A stretch of DNA of 64,000 nt from positions 3,007,061 through 3,071,060 of the forward strand of contig CM119271.1 in the NCBI GenBank assembly GCA_051294375.1. Direction: 5' to 3'. Made by a program: the position numbers and the translations under genes. Positions 12,926-26,294 of the stretch are shown in pieces. The DNA is from Paraspadella gotoi (Eukaryota > Animalia > Chaetognatha). The notes beneath the pieces are model-generated. The model made no database searches and was not told the origin of the DNA. It saw nothing but the letters and a program-made list of their open reading frames with translations. Positions within the stretch are counted from its first letter, which is position 1. Every line of letters starts with the position of its first letter.

Positions 12926-13001
12926 GGCCGTTTAGCTTCAGCTGGTTAGAGCGTGGGTGCTAATAACGCCAAGGTCGAGGGTTCGATCCCATCACTGGCC
13001 A
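12926..13001 (+). tRNA. tRNA-Ile(AAT), with small indels
   Basis: GGCCG.TTAGCT.CAG.TGGTTAGAGCGTGG.TGCTAATAACGCCAAGGTCG.GGGTTCGATCCC..CTGGCCA matches eukaryotic Ile-AAT consensus. Confidence 0.85.
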
Positions 13002-13092
13002 CTATCTATTGTTTTTAGCAAAAAAATGAGTTTTCATATGTTTTGGTATTTAAAGTTATTGTGAAATATATAGAGTCATATTTCAGCAGATT

Positions 13093-13169
13093 GGCCGTTA
13101 CGCTCAGCTTGGTTAGAGCGTGTGCTAATAAACCCAAGTTCGAGGGTTCGAGGTCCCTTCACATGGCCA
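13093..13169 (+). tRNA. tRNA-Ile(AAT), degenerate or error-containing copy
   Basis: Same consensus with several indels; second unit of a ~170-bp tandem array. Confidence 0.65.
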
Positions 13170-13269
13170 CACCTCTATTTTTTTCTTTTACAAAAAATGG
13201 TGTTTTTAAATTATGTATTTGGTAATTTTAAGTTATTGATACGATATAGTGAGACATTTCCGCAGCAAT

Positions 13270-13353
13270 GGCCGGTTAGCGACTAGGCTGGTTAGGGAGC
13301 GTGGTGCTAATAACCGACAGCAAGGTCGAGGTTTCGAATCCCCTCACTGGCCA
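13270..13353 (+). tRNA. tRNA-Ile(AAT), degenerate or error-containing copy
   Basis: GGCCGGTTAGC...GCGTGGTGCTAATAAC...CAAGGTCGAGGTTTCGAATCCCCTCACTGGCCA with insertions. Confidence 0.65.
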
Positions 13354-13830
13354 AAGCTTTTACTTTGTTTAACATTGCACTGCCAAGTTTCGTACTTCTC
13401 GTTCACTCACTGTCAGAGATCATGAGTACCGCAGCGCAAGGGCAAGGGCAAACGATCGACCAATCATGATTCCGTCTTTGGCCGCAAATTTGCCTTCCAT
13501 TGCCTAAGCAGGCGAGCAGCGCACGAACCCGCAAGCGGTGAAGACAGAGGGGAAAGAGAGGTAAGAGAGGGCTTAAACAAAAACACAAACACAAGAAGCT
13601 AAAAAAAATACTTAAAAAATTAAAGAAAAAAATAAAGTTGAACTTTATTTAAATAATAATCTACTAAAACATTTAAATTTTATCGCATTAAAGAAAAAAA
13701 AAAAAAAACAGACACAAACTAGTTAAATTTTCTATCATAAGTGAGACATAAAGCTAACGTTGAGTGTTGAGTTAATTTAGTTTTTTTATTTTAATTTCTG
13801 AATTATTAATATTTTAATTTTCCCCCCTAC

Positions 13831-16800
13831 TTTATCCGTCTCCACCGCCGATATCATCGTCGACATGACGTGAGTATGACTCGTCCCCGGATCCTCCAAC
13901 TTCTTGGCGAACACCTCGAGAGTGTATCTTCCCGGCGCCGGAGGCCGGACTAAAAACCGGCAGACGTCGTTCTTGTTGTTGTTCTCGTCGTCGTCCTCGA
14001 CGCCGTACTGCTGAAAGACGTGACTCTTGAGATCGGCGCCGTCCGTCGCCAGCAGTTTGTGCACCAACGAGACGTCGCCGACGCCGCGTAGAACCACTTC
14101 AGCCTCTCCCGTCGCCGGCTCCGTCGCGGCTTCGGCGGCGTCCCGCGGCGGCGTCAAGCCCAAAGCGTCGAAGGCCGGCTTCGGTCCCCAACCGGAGCGC
14201 AGAGCCGGAAACGGAGACGCTGCCGCGTCGGACTCTGTCCCAGCAGCGGCCGAGCAGCGGAGGAGGATCGTAGTCAACGAGTCGAATTTCTTTTCGCCGG
14301 ACGAGAGACAGTTTCCGCTTTTCGTCTCGGCGCCGGAAGAAAATCCGGGGCGACGTCGAGCGAAGAATTCGAGAAGAAAGTCGCCGGCGTTCGGAGCGAC
14401 GATGCGGAGGTGGGCTTCTCTTTAAGGGGAGGGGGCGAGGGGGTTGGTGTGGATTTTTAGATTGATTGATTTGTTTTATTTATTTATTTATTTATTTATT
14501 TATTNNNNNNNNNNNNNNNNNNNNNNNNNTGTATGATTATTTATGAATTTATTTTATGTTATTTGGTTTATTTGTTTTAAATTTATTTTATTTATTTTAT
14601 TTGTTTGTTTGTTTGTTTGTTTGTTTTGTTTATTTATTTATGTTTGTTCCAGATGCTAAAAGACTAATATTAGTTTTTGCCTAATTCACGTAATATCCTT
14701 TCCCCAAACTCCCCGTGCAATTTTCTCGACTTGTAATTCCCTGCCGAGTCCGAAAGAAAACAAAAGTTTCTGCCTGGACGCGCGCCCGGACTTTTCGACC
14801 TTTCATAAATCTATCAACAAATCTCGATAGCGGTCTCGTGCGGCACGTCAAGCTCAACGCGTCTTCTCCTTCGCGAATTCTATCTCCTGACGAGAAGGTC
14901 GGGCATCCCTTCTTTGCTCGAATTCGCCAGATCGAAATAAACGGGTCTCAGCACTGTAAGTAAAGAAAAAGAAAAAATCAACAGCCGCAAGAAAATAAAT
15001 TTAGGATTATAAGATAAATCAATATAACAAATACTTGTTGCAATTCAATAAATGAAACGAGCGGGTCGTTCTTCTCAAATTCATTTTCCTTTCTTTTTTG
15101 GGACTGCTTAAAGGGAACACTATCGGGGCCGTTAGGCTCAGTTGGGTTAGAGGCGTGGTGGCTATAACGCGCCAAGGTCGCAGGTTCGATCCCCACAACT
15201 GGCCCATGTTTTTAAACTGCATTATCTTGGAAATGAACTTGAAACGGGTATGTGAAATTATGTTTTTCAGCCAGAATCCTAAATGTTAATGTCTATATTT
15301 TAATTTTTAGATTTAAATTTTACCTGACAAAAAAATTACAGAAAAGGCATGCCGCACTCGACGTCAACCAACGCAGTGGCAAGCCGCCCGACCTCCATCT
15401 TCCCATCCAATCCCACTGCATCGAACCTTTTGGTATCTGTTGGAAGACTCGTGCCAAATCAAATGCGGCCTTGCCGCAAGAGTTTGCCATGGAGCTCGCA
15501 CTTTTTTTCCGGTCTTCTTGCTTGCCCTCGTAGGCGTACGGTTGGAAAGTGATCGAAAGAGGAAGAGACGAGGAATGAGGTCTAGAATAGCAGTGGCTGT
15601 TCTTGAGTTGCCAAGTGGAGAGGTCATGGTCGCGGTGTTCGGTGTAGCGCCGTCGCCAGGTCAGCGTCCAAACAAGTACCGTGGTGGAAGATTTTGAAGA
15701 GCAGGTGTCGGTGTAAAAGAGGAGCAAAGATTACTGTGAAAAAAATGTGGTCGTAAAAGTTAACGCGGCGCTTGGGTAGAACTTTTAAAAGGGATTTATT
15801 TGATCAAAATTAAATCAATCAGCGGCAGCGACCAATTTTTAATTTTTTGTGGCAAACCCCCCCCTGGCAGTATACAAGATTGCTTTGCATTTTAATGGCA
15901 AAACATCTCAATTTCCTGAAGGCACAAAAGACAAAACAGGCAAATAGGAATATAAAGAAAAATACGCTACAACGCGAAAATTTAGGAGCATCATCGACTA
16001 GCGGAAAAAGCCAAAGTCATGCAAACCAAATGGATCATGAAGCAAAATTACAAAAGACAAACGCAGTAAGAAAAAGTTTAAATTGTGATTCAGGCGAAAC
16101 GAATTTTATTTTAGTGATAAACGGACATGTTGTTCGGATTCGGTTTGCGCACGAACTTTTTCTTACAGCCAGTTAAGGACAAAAATGAAAACAGTAAACA
16201 AACGCATAAAAAAAAAAAAAAAGCGGTACCAAAAAAAAAACAAACAAGAACGATAAATAATGAACAATAACGCCAACAACGGAGGGCTCGTTTACACCAA
16301 CTACACCGTCTTCTTCCTCGTAGGCGTCCGTTGGAAAGTGATCGAAAGCGAAGCGACTAGGATGAGTCAGATAGCAATGCTCCTTGAGTTGCCAGTGGAA
16401 GGTATGGTCGCGGTCGGTGTAGCCCGTCGCCCAGGTCACGTCCAACAAGTACCTGGTGGAGATTTGAAAGCAGGAACAAAGTTATTTGAAAAAAATGTCG
16501 TCGTAAAAGTTAAACCGCGCTGGGTAGAACTTTAAAGGGATTTATGATCAAATTAATCAATCAGCAGCTACAATTTTAATTTTGGCAAAACCCCCTGCAG
16601 TACATTGCTTCATTTTAATGGCAAACATCTCAATTTCTGAAGCACAAANNNNNNNNNNNNNNNNNNNNNNNNNNNNNNNNNNNNNNNNNNNNNNNNNNNN
16701 NNNNNNNNNNNNNNNNNNNNNNNNNNNNNNNNNNNNNNNNNNNNNNNNNNNNNNNNNNNNNNNNNNNNNNNNNNNNNNNNNNNNNNNNNNNNNNNNNNNN

Positions 16801-17289
16801 NNNNNNNNNNNNNNNNNNNNNNNNNNNNNNNNNNNNNNNNNNNNNNNNNNNNNNNNNNNNNNNNNNNNNNNNNNNNNNNNNNNNNNNNNNNNNNNNNNNN
16901 NNNNNNNNNNNNNNTCGGTTCGGTTTACGAACCTTCTTCAGCGCAGTTAAGGACGCACAAACGCATAAAAAACGGTACCAAAAAAAAAAACAACAAGAAC
17001 GAAAATAATAACAACGCCAACAACGAGGCTCGTTTACCATCTGCCTTCGATTCGGACCGCGTTCCATTCGTGATTCGTCTTCTCCGTCTTCTCAAATCTT
17101 TTGCCCAATTTCCAAGAAAATCCTTTGGCGAAGCCTGAGACGCATCGACTCTCCACGTCCATCAGTCTGAATGAGAGAGAGGGTGTAACGAGGTTGAGTT
17201 GAAAGGCCAAGATGCGGAGTCAATCGTGAATAATTAAATATTGAAACATGAACGAGAGATCAAGACTTGACTGACAGATTTTTCGTGGG

Positions 17290-17333
<44 letters not shown>

Positions 17334-19926
17334 TGAAACGGGTGCGGTTTGAATAGAGATACATGATTCAAAATGACCTTTGTCACAATTTAGTATTTAC
17401 GTACCACGCTATCTTTTACCGTATCTACTCAAGCTGTCAAAACAATGTCAACTATTCAAAAACAAAGTTACTTAGCAGAAGGGCAAAGCTCCTACTTGGC
17501 GAGACCACTGAAAAGGCAAGAGTAGCCGGAACAGATGGTCTTTCCAGACTTCAAGACGTCCTCAGGAGAGCAGGAGATTTTAGAGGTGTCTCCGCCGCCG
17601 CCGTGGAGTTCAGCCGCAGCGTAGGCGACGTTGTTCGTCATCCATCTTTAAAAGAGACTGGGTATTTGATTAAGATCATAGGGTCTCTTCGCGCACATAT
17701 TTTACTGTTACACATTTTAGTTGCGTATTGAAAGTATGATTATTGATTAATGATATATGATATTTTTTTTATTAATATCAAAAACGATATTAACACAATT
17801 GAATACAATAACAGTAAAAAAAGAATAATAATATGATTTGCCATTCGATTGAAATGTGTTTGTTTTTAATAAAAGTCGCAGCCTTCAACATCTTCTTTCA
17901 AGGTCGTCACTAGTTTGAACTTTCGACTTATCATTTCCTAATCGTCACAGATTTTGTAACGTCTCCATTTTGACCAAAAAGATACTATTTTATTATTATC
18001 AATTTTCATTACGTCATTATTTAGATACCTAGAAAATTTCAATCGTAAACACGTTGTACACGGAATACTGCAACATGCAAATTATATTTTTACCCGGCTG
18101 GACCAAATTACGGTAAAATTTACAAATAAAATGAATAAATGAAATTATTAGTCATAAATCTAGAAACAAAAGCCTGCATACTCCATGCCTAACCTGTACA
18201 ACAGCCTGACTCTTTCCTTGACTGAAAGATCGGATTCCGAATTGGCCTTCGGACATCGCATCAAATAGTTGGCGAGAGAGGAGAGAGAAGTTTTGCAGGT
18301 AGATGGCGCCTGCATGAAAGACGGGAGAAGAGAGATGAAGACAGTTGTGAAAAGGAGAGGGTGGGAGAGAAGAGAAGGAAGGAAAGCATAGGAGGGAAGG
18401 GTAGAAGCCAAGGAAAGGAAAAAGTAATGTATAATTTGATTATTTTCATAATACAGACAAAATTGTATCTCCAAATATTTCGAAATGTGTCTAATTTCTG
18501 TCATATTTCTGTGTTGCCACTGAAGCTGGCTTCGGGACACGTCGAAATATCTGTCAAATAAATTTGTCTTTAGTCCTGCAGCTTCATTATGAAAATATTA
18601 AAATAAGTCTGATCATTGAAGTGACTTTAAACCAAAATACTGACGACGACGACGTACATTGAGTGAGTGTCGATCCAATTCCTGGAGCCGTTTTTGATCG
18701 TACACGATTGGTACCCAAGTTTCTCCAACCTTATAATAAAATTAAGTTGTTTCAAGAAAACAAACAATCAATCAATCATTCGTTGGCTTAACCTGTTTTG
18801 ACTCGGGGAGCGACGGCGGCGTCGGGGTGATTGGCTTCGTCCTTGAAGAGGGTCTTGAAGAGGGCGGCTTCGGGGGACGTGGAGGAGGTTGTTGATTGGT
18901 TGAAAGTGATGTAGTTTGATTGGTCGACAGAGGAGCATCATGATTGGCGGAAAGAATAAGACTTTGATTGGTGGGTCCAGAAGGATTTTGATTCGTGGAA
19001 CTTGATGTTTTATCGGCGGGGACACGAGGACTTTGGCCTCGATTAGTATGCAGAGACGAACTTTGATTGGCGGAAAGGGAAGAAATTTGATTGGTATGAA
19101 AGACTGAATTGAGTTTGGTGGGATTTGATTGGTATGAAATTTGATTGGTATGAAGGACTGAATTGGGTTTGGTGGGAGGGCTTTCCCTGGGAGATCGAGT
19201 AAGGGCAGGTTTGGGCGAACTCTTCACTGGAGGTTTTGGCCTTGAGGGAACGGAAGGCTTAGGTCTGTCTGTCTGTCCGTCTTTCTTTGGGTCATTGCTC
19301 ATGGATATTTTGGGTTTGGCGGGAATCTGAGGTTTGCTCCCGACGGGCGAACCAGTTGTGGATCTTGATTGAATGGGAGGAAGGCTGAGAGGCTTTTTGT
19401 CCTTCGAGGAAACTGTCGGTCGTAGAGACGACATTTTGTCGGTAGATGACGAAGAAATCGGTCCGGAACTGACGGAGGATATAAATAAAGAATGTGTTTC
19501 ATGGTACTCTATTCTGTTCTTCCGAAAACTTTGGAAGCAGTTGTGGCCGAGTGGTTAAGGCGACTGACTCGAAATCAGTTACGTCTCCGTGCACAGGTTC
19601 GAATCCTGTCAACTGCGCACCTTTTTTTTTTACTTATATTTTTTTCTCCGGGCTCGCTCTCTCTTCTCTCTTTCTTCACTCTTCTCTCTCTTCTCTCTCT
19701 TCCTCTCTCTCTCTCTTCTCTCTCTCTTCTCTCACATACCTTCCGCCGCCCACTTGTAAACCGCCAATCGTCTCTCCGCCTCTCCTAACTTCTCCCTAAG
19801 GTCCTCGTTCTCGCGCCGCAGCTGCAACGCTTCGTCAGCCGCCGCCGCCAGCCGCAGCCGCAACTCTTCGACGATTCGCTGGGAGTGTCGACCCTCTTGA
19901 GGGTCCGTTTCTACGAAGGCGGCCAT
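13831..19926 (-). CDS. Kyphoscoliosis peptidase (KY)/hillarin-like transglutaminase-fold protein, paralogue 1 (3' end not resolved)
   Basis: Coiled-coil exon 19926-19740 and Pro-rich exon 19468-18793, then ERVRLLYR, KTICSGYSCLFSGLAK (~17500), VSGFAKG..NHEWNAVRIEGRW (~17040-17165), YLLDVTWATG..DHFP (~16300-16450); Ig-like repeats with PPAPGRYTLEVFAK (13831-14420). Putative Cys-His-Asp triad present. Confidence 0.8.
15127..15206 (+). tRNA. tRNA-Ile(AAT)-like copy with indels, intronic
   Basis: GGCCGTTAGGCTCAGTTGGGTTAGAGGCGTGGTGGCTATAACGCGCCAAGGTCGCAGGTTCGATCCCC...GGCCCA followed by a T-run. Confidence 0.6.
19537..19617 (+). tRNA. tRNA-Ser(CGA), antisense within KY paralogue 1 intron 1
   Basis: Acceptor stem GCAGTTG/CAACTGC, TGGCCGAGTGGTTAAGGC D arm, ACTGA-CTCGAAA-TCAGT anticodon arm, long variable arm, GGTTCGAATCC, downstream T-run terminator. 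Confidence 0.95.
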
Positions 19927-21293
19927 GAGGAATTTGGAATCGGACAGCGTCGCGACAGACGGTCAGACGAAATGAAGGGTATAAAAAATATCCGTGAGTT
20001 GAACGCTATCAATTTTAACTTAGTAATTGTTTAAATTATACTATCCGGAAATTAAAGGTACTGACCAGTTGTTGCGCGGGATGGAGAAATCATTGACGCC
20101 ACGCGATATTTCGTGTCGGACGCAGATCGGGAATTCCAAGGTTTCTTTTTAGTTCCGTCACATTAATGTAGCGGTTACTATTATGTTACTATTCCTTTTT
20201 TCCATGAGTGTAACAACAAAAACGTAAATTTGATAGTCCGTTTTGAGAACTTTTTACATTGCTTTTTTTGAAAATTGTACGATTAGAAAATTGTACGAAA
20301 TCGGTTATATTTTCCTACGATTTACGTGTATTTTTGATTATCTCGGAAAAATTGTAATAAAATTTTAAATCTCACGGCGCATGTTGATTCAGTTAGGTAA
20401 CCCCCATGGTATTTCGGACCCTATGCTATTGAGTGGAATTGGAAAAAGGTCAGGAAAAAATATTTAACTTCGGATTTAAACAATAGAATTAGAGAACTCG
20501 ATCGCGTGTCACGATGGCCCCGGCGCCAATCTGCTTCGGGATATGAATTCATAAGTCGTTTTGATCTCATGAGGGAGTTTGGTCTTTTGTTTTATTGCTT
20601 AGTTGGTAAATATTTTTTTTTTTAAATCTTCGAAAATTCAGATTTGCTTGCTGAAAAAAAAAAATTCTACGGCGAGCGGCTTGATTTCATTTTGCAAACT
20701 AATTCGATGATAACTGATAAGATAAACTGAATTGATTCTTTTTTCAGTGGTAAATATTTAATATTTAAATATTTATATTCTATGGTTATTGACTGTAAAT
20801 CACTAGGCGCTGCGAAAGTATGTAGAATATTGTAGACCCTAATTGACTGCCTGATCTCAATAGTACTTTTAAATTCAGCTAATCAGGTCGTTAGAACTTT
20901 CAATTTATCGAACCTCGAGTTGCTTCCTAGTTTTAAATTCAAATCGGCTGGGCAATTTGAACGAACCCCGTACATGAAATTAGGAATTCATTTATTCAAA
21001 TTTAAAATCTTTCCTTATATTTTTCCATCTTACTGTTGATTTGTTGCCTAATGAGTAGCAATGTGAGTTGTACGCGGTTTATTGAATATAACACGTCTTT
21101 GCTTATTAAAGCTCAACCACAAAAGTATTTTTTAAAAAAAGTGTATAAAATATTTGATATTTCTTCAAACCCCAATAATTATCATAGAATTTGTTTTTTG
21201 TTGTCAAACTCTAATTCCCTTTTGTTTTTTTTAGTTTTCTTTTTGTCTTTTTGTTACTTCTCCTCCCTCTCTTCTCCCCCCTTCCACCCCTAA

Positions 21294-22831
21294 TTACTCC
21301 CTTCCCCCTCCCTCCCTTCCCCCACTCCCTCCCAACATCTCCTCCATCGTCTGCGGCATCGCGGCGTCCTTCGTCTCCTTTATCGTCCAAACGACGCCGA
21401 CGGCGACGGCGTTCAGCGTCGCCACCGTCGCCGGGTAGACGGTGGGCGTGGCCCGGACGGCGAGGGAAGCGAACGACGCCGCGCAGGTGGCGAGACGGCC
21501 GGAGGCGACCGAGACGCCGACGCAACGTGACCGGATGTGAGTTGGAAAACACTCTGTCGTCAAGAGTTCCGTGACGAGGAGAGTTCCGCCGGCGAAGAAT
21601 CGACCTGAAATTGTAAAAGAAGGTCGACGATCTCAATAGGGTGGCTCAGATTTTCATACTCAGATACTTGTCCATCTTTAATGGGCAAAATAAATTATGG
21701 TTTTAACATTGACTGTCTCGTGTAGGGGGTATACTTTTGCTAGTGAAAATACGTATTTATGCACTTACATAAATATATATTCATATATTATTCAACAAAG
21801 GCTGAAACCTGAATTTAATTATTAGATTTTCGACTTTTAAAATTCTTGACTAACAATAAGACGTCTTAACAAAATACGTAATATAATTTTTCAAATAACT
21901 GAAGGGTAATTGTACACTTGTACACTTATGTATTATGAATTTGAATTAAGCTCCCAGTTGACGCCTAAAAAAAGCTTTATACCAATATTTGTACTTGTTA
22001 CCAAGTACTGTACTCTACTCATTAACAATTAATGTGGCGTATTCGACAAATGCCATTCCAGCCTCCCTTATCTTCTCACCCACGAGAGTCGACGCAAACA
22101 CCTTCGCATCCTCTGGCGACGCTCCCATCGCCCTCACGGCGCAATTGACGCCGAAACAGATCGACGTTCCAGCGAAGAACGCCGCCAACGTCCCACGCCG
22201 CGACAAGAAATTGCCGAGCAGCGCCGCCAGGGCCATCGATGGCAATTGCATGAGGCCGAGCAATGCAAAGTTCAAGTATCGATCACCGCCCATCAAATCG
22301 GAGGAGGAAAGGTTGATTGACCAAAACGTAGCGGAGAAAGTGACCCAAAAGAAGCTGACCGGAAGAAGGCGGCGCCAGAGTTCTCGGCTCAGCCAAGGGT
22401 TTTTATTTTCATTGCCGACGGCGTCGGATGTTTGCGGGAGAATCTCAATAGTGGGCGTGTCCTTTGCTACTTCATCGTCTTTCCCTTGGTCCTTTTTTTT
22501 CTCTCGTTCAAACTCTTGCAGCGATTCGAGCTTCAACGCTCCCTTAGCGAGCGATTCGAGCCTGCGTTGACAAAACTCGTCGTTTTGCGCGGAGAGCCAC
22601 CGCAAGGACTCTGGAAGCAATCCGGCGAGAAAGACGCCGATTAGGAACAACGCGGAGACGACCAAGTGCAAAAAACGCCAATTGGGCAAGAGGTAGGAGG
22701 AGAGGCTGACGATGCCGTAGCAGAAAGGATCGGACAACGCCATAAGAAGATAGACGTTGTAACGACGAGAGGCGCTAAATGATTCGTTTAATAAAACTAC
22801 GGCCGGGTAAAAAACCGCAAACCGTAAAAGA

Positions 22832-22917
<86 letters not shown>

Positions 22918-24247
22918 GAGAGAGAGAGAGAAAGGGAGATATTTTTTTACCATGCTTTTCTAACTGTATCGACTTTGCGTTCGTCATTCTAAAATTAAGA
23001 AAGATAAAAGAAAATAGTAGAGNNNNNNNNNNAAAATTGTTACTCCACCTTCTTCCTCAGAATAAAGTTCGCAACACAAACTTACCTGAGTAAATCCGCC
23101 CAAAAAACGAAAGGCCAGGTAAGTAACGGGATCCTGGACGAAGTAAGTCAACGCGTGCAGCGCGCAAGCGGCGGCATGAAACACGACGATGGACGGCCGA
23201 CGACCGAACTTGTCGGCCAAACTCAGACCGACAAAGGATCCCAGTCCGCCGAGGAAGAACAAGGCGCTGGCCAAATTGGCAACCACCGGCCAATCGCAGG
23301 CCAGATTGGATTCCAGCATGAAGGAGAGATGAGAGGGATAAGAGATGTCGCTTTCATCGCTGATCGAGATGATACAAGGGGGGGAGGAGTACTCTTTCAC
23401 TTTAGTTTGCTATGTAAAAAACGTTGAGATGTCATCACTTCCGGTTGATGTCATTTTCTCCTGTTGTGACATAATCATTTCCGGTTAATGTCATGAATTC
23501 CAGTTGTATTAAAGTGTGAAAAATTTTAATTCAAACGTTATACTTATACGATTACAAAATGGATTAAACAACGTTTTTTAATCGGACCGGTAAACTTAAG
23601 GAAATATTGAATATTAAAACCATTTTGCCTCTAAATAATAATGTTATACAATGACGAAACAACTGGAAGTGTTGACGTCATTAGAACCGGATATGATGTC
23701 ATCATGACAACCGGGTGTGATGACGTCTTTTCAACCGGATGTGATGACGTAATCTTAACCGGATGTGATGACGTCATCTCAACCGGATGTTATGACGTCC
23801 TCTCAACCGGATGTGATGACGTCATCTCACCCGGATGTGATGACGTCATCTCAACCGGATGTTATAACGTCATCTCAACAGGATGTGAAAACGTCATCTC
23901 AACCGGATGTTATAACGTCATCTCAACCGGATGTGAAAACGTCATCTCAACCGGATGTGGTAACGTCATCCAAATCCTCAATCCAAAGCGAAAGAGTTCC
24001 CTCCCCTTTTATAATCTTTCCTCTCGTTGCAAAAATCTGCGTCCACATCCGGGGGAATGTAGACGGTGAAGGCGACGACGACGATGTTGATCATCCCCAG
24101 CATCGTCATGTAGATCGCGACGAGACAGACGACGACGTTGAAGCGACTGTAGCCGAGCCGCTCCACGATCCTTTCCACGTCGTACCGATCGGCGATCGAT
24201 TCTCGGGGAGGGGGGAGACTGGAGACTGGAGACTGGAGGGGTGCCAT
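21294..24247 (-). CDS. SLC22 / organic cation transporter-like MFS protein (multi-exon)
   Basis: ERLGYSRFN; NLACDW..LADKFGRRP..FRFLGG; LLPNWRFL..LLPESLRWL; TECFPTHIRSRCVG..GRL; ETKDAAMPQTMEE. These are SLC22-type motifs in the expected order across exons ~24247-24000, 23325-23086, 22825-22059 and 21604-21294. Confidence 0.9.
23660..23970 (+). repeat. 24-bp minisatellite (caaccggatgtgatgacgtcatct), about 13 units, with degenerate inverted units at 23425-23505
   Basis: Directly visible; produces the spurious TGCDDVIS / QPDVMTSS ORF repeats. Confidence 0.9.
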
Positions 24248-24417
24248 TTTGTGGCTTGCCGGATAGATGGGGTTGAAATTATTAGATTAGGAAAAAAATA
24301 GAAATATTTAAATATTTCTTAAAATTGACAGTAAGAGTTTTATAAGTCAAAAAGTTGAAATAATTTTTTTGAGTTTGATTTAATGAATTATATGGTGTAA
24401 TAATCATTTCGTCGAGT

Positions 24418-24535
<118 letters not shown>

Positions 24536-25348
24536 TAAGGACAGATTGAGTGAGTTTTGAAAGGAAGTGAAAATGGGCAGAGAGAGAGAGAGAAAATATA
24601 AATAATACATTTGTGCAATGTACAACAAAGATATAGGTTTTTAAAACTGATTAGTGGTGATTTTTAACAATTAGCTAATAATAAATTAAGTGAAAAAGAA
24701 GAATTTGAAATTTGAAATATGAAAAATTATATTTGGCGAGGAATAGGTAAGTTAAAGAGAGAAAGATGACAATTTAAGAATTACAAAAGCAATATTCTAT
24801 TTATAATAGGAATTTGTTTCTTTTTTTTATATTCGTACAAATTAGTTTTGAAAAAGAAAAAATATTTGACGGCTCTGCCGGAGAAGCTGTTGAAAAAATA
24901 GTTGAAGTTGAAATTTTTTTTTTTTCGAAAAAAAAAAAAGATGAATCTCTGGTGATTTTAGATAGAAGTTAAAACTTGGAGTGGGGAAATAGGGAATCTG
25001 GGGGAGGGTAGTGAAACCTCGATCAAGCATGAAATGGAAAATGAGAGGGAGAAAGCATAGTGTAAAATACAAAAATCTATTTTTTTTTTAAACTATTAAT
25101 TTTAATTTTTAATGAAGGATTGACAAATAACGATTAAAATTTATTATTGGATCAACTGTGCGAAGTACGAACTAGTAAAAACCGAATTCTTAATGATACA
25201 TTTGTTCATGCTAATATTTTTTTTTTATCCTTAGGGTATTTTTCGTAATTCGATTAATTCGTGAGAATAAAAAAAATGTCTTCATCGCAAAGTTTTTCTC
25301 ATTAATTATTCCTTCATCTGGGACTAAAGAAAAATCTTCGTATATAAC

Positions 25349-26294
25349 TAGCCATAGCCGATGAAATTTAAATGCTAATGTATNNNNNNNNNNNNNNNNN
25401 NNNNNNNNGGTATAGCAGCGTTAAAATAATCTATCATGACTATAGATTTTGATATTAAAATATTTTTTGTCAAAATTGCTTTTCTTCTGAGGGTACTCGC
25501 CTAATTAAAAAATATATATTACTATATAGAGCAAAAAAATATTTTTTTAAATCTTAAAATTTTTTGATGGATTCTGATAGAGCATAAAAAGTTAAAAAAG
25601 AAATATAATTACAGCTTTTAAAAATTCTTACGTTTTCTAAGTTGAAAATATAAAAAAAATGATAAAATCATCGAAAGATAATAATGATGATTATTTTTAT
25701 ATTTTTTCTTATTTTGACACTTATCGTAAAAATATTAAAAATGAATCATACTTTTGTGTAAACAACTTTTTATGAGCTATCTGAATCTGGTCTTAAAATT
25801 TTAAAAAATTAAAAAAAAATTTTTGACCTTTCATAATTATAATAAATATTTAAAAATTAATACTAGGGTATAGAGCCATATTATAAATTTTTTGTCCATT
25901 GAAAGTATTCTTAAAATGTCTAAATATTCGTTTGAGCATGTACTCACTCTAAATTTTTGACTCACCCATTGAGTGCGGCTACCCCTATATAACATAGTTG
26001 TAGGTAAACCTGATTTAAAACAAGAAAGGGATATTTCCAATTCATGACCCTTTCGATATATTTCTTGTTTTAACTTTTTATGCTCTATCAGAATCTATCA
26101 ACAAATTTAAGATTTCAACAAAAAGTTTTCTCTATATAGTAATATAATAATTTAATTAGGCTAGTATCCTCAAGAAGAAAGCATTTTTGAACAAAAAATA
26201 TTTTAATACTGTAATCTATGCACTAAGCACTAAGCACATGATAGATTATTTTAATGCTGTATACATTAGTATTAAATTTCATCGGCTTTGGCTA
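25349..26294. mobile_element. MITE-like non-autonomous DNA transposon with ~250-bp imperfect terminal inverted repeats
   Basis: TAGCCATAGCCGATGAAATTT... at the left and ...AAATTTCATCGGCTTTGGCTA at the right; arms include gattctgatagagcataaaaagttaaa / tttaactttttatgctctatcagaatc. Confidence 0.7.

Noticed and set aside
15320-16300. Duplicated KY exon suggesting mutually exclusive splicing
   Set aside because: Noisy copy of 16280-16650 and 16915-17035 with many indels next to an N gap; assembly artefact is the simpler explanation.
23641-24301. ORFs with TGCDDVIS / QPDVMTSS repeats; also considered as a CRISPR-like array
   Set aside because: They are translations of a 24-bp minisatellite with no unique spacers, inside an SLC22 intron of a eukaryote.
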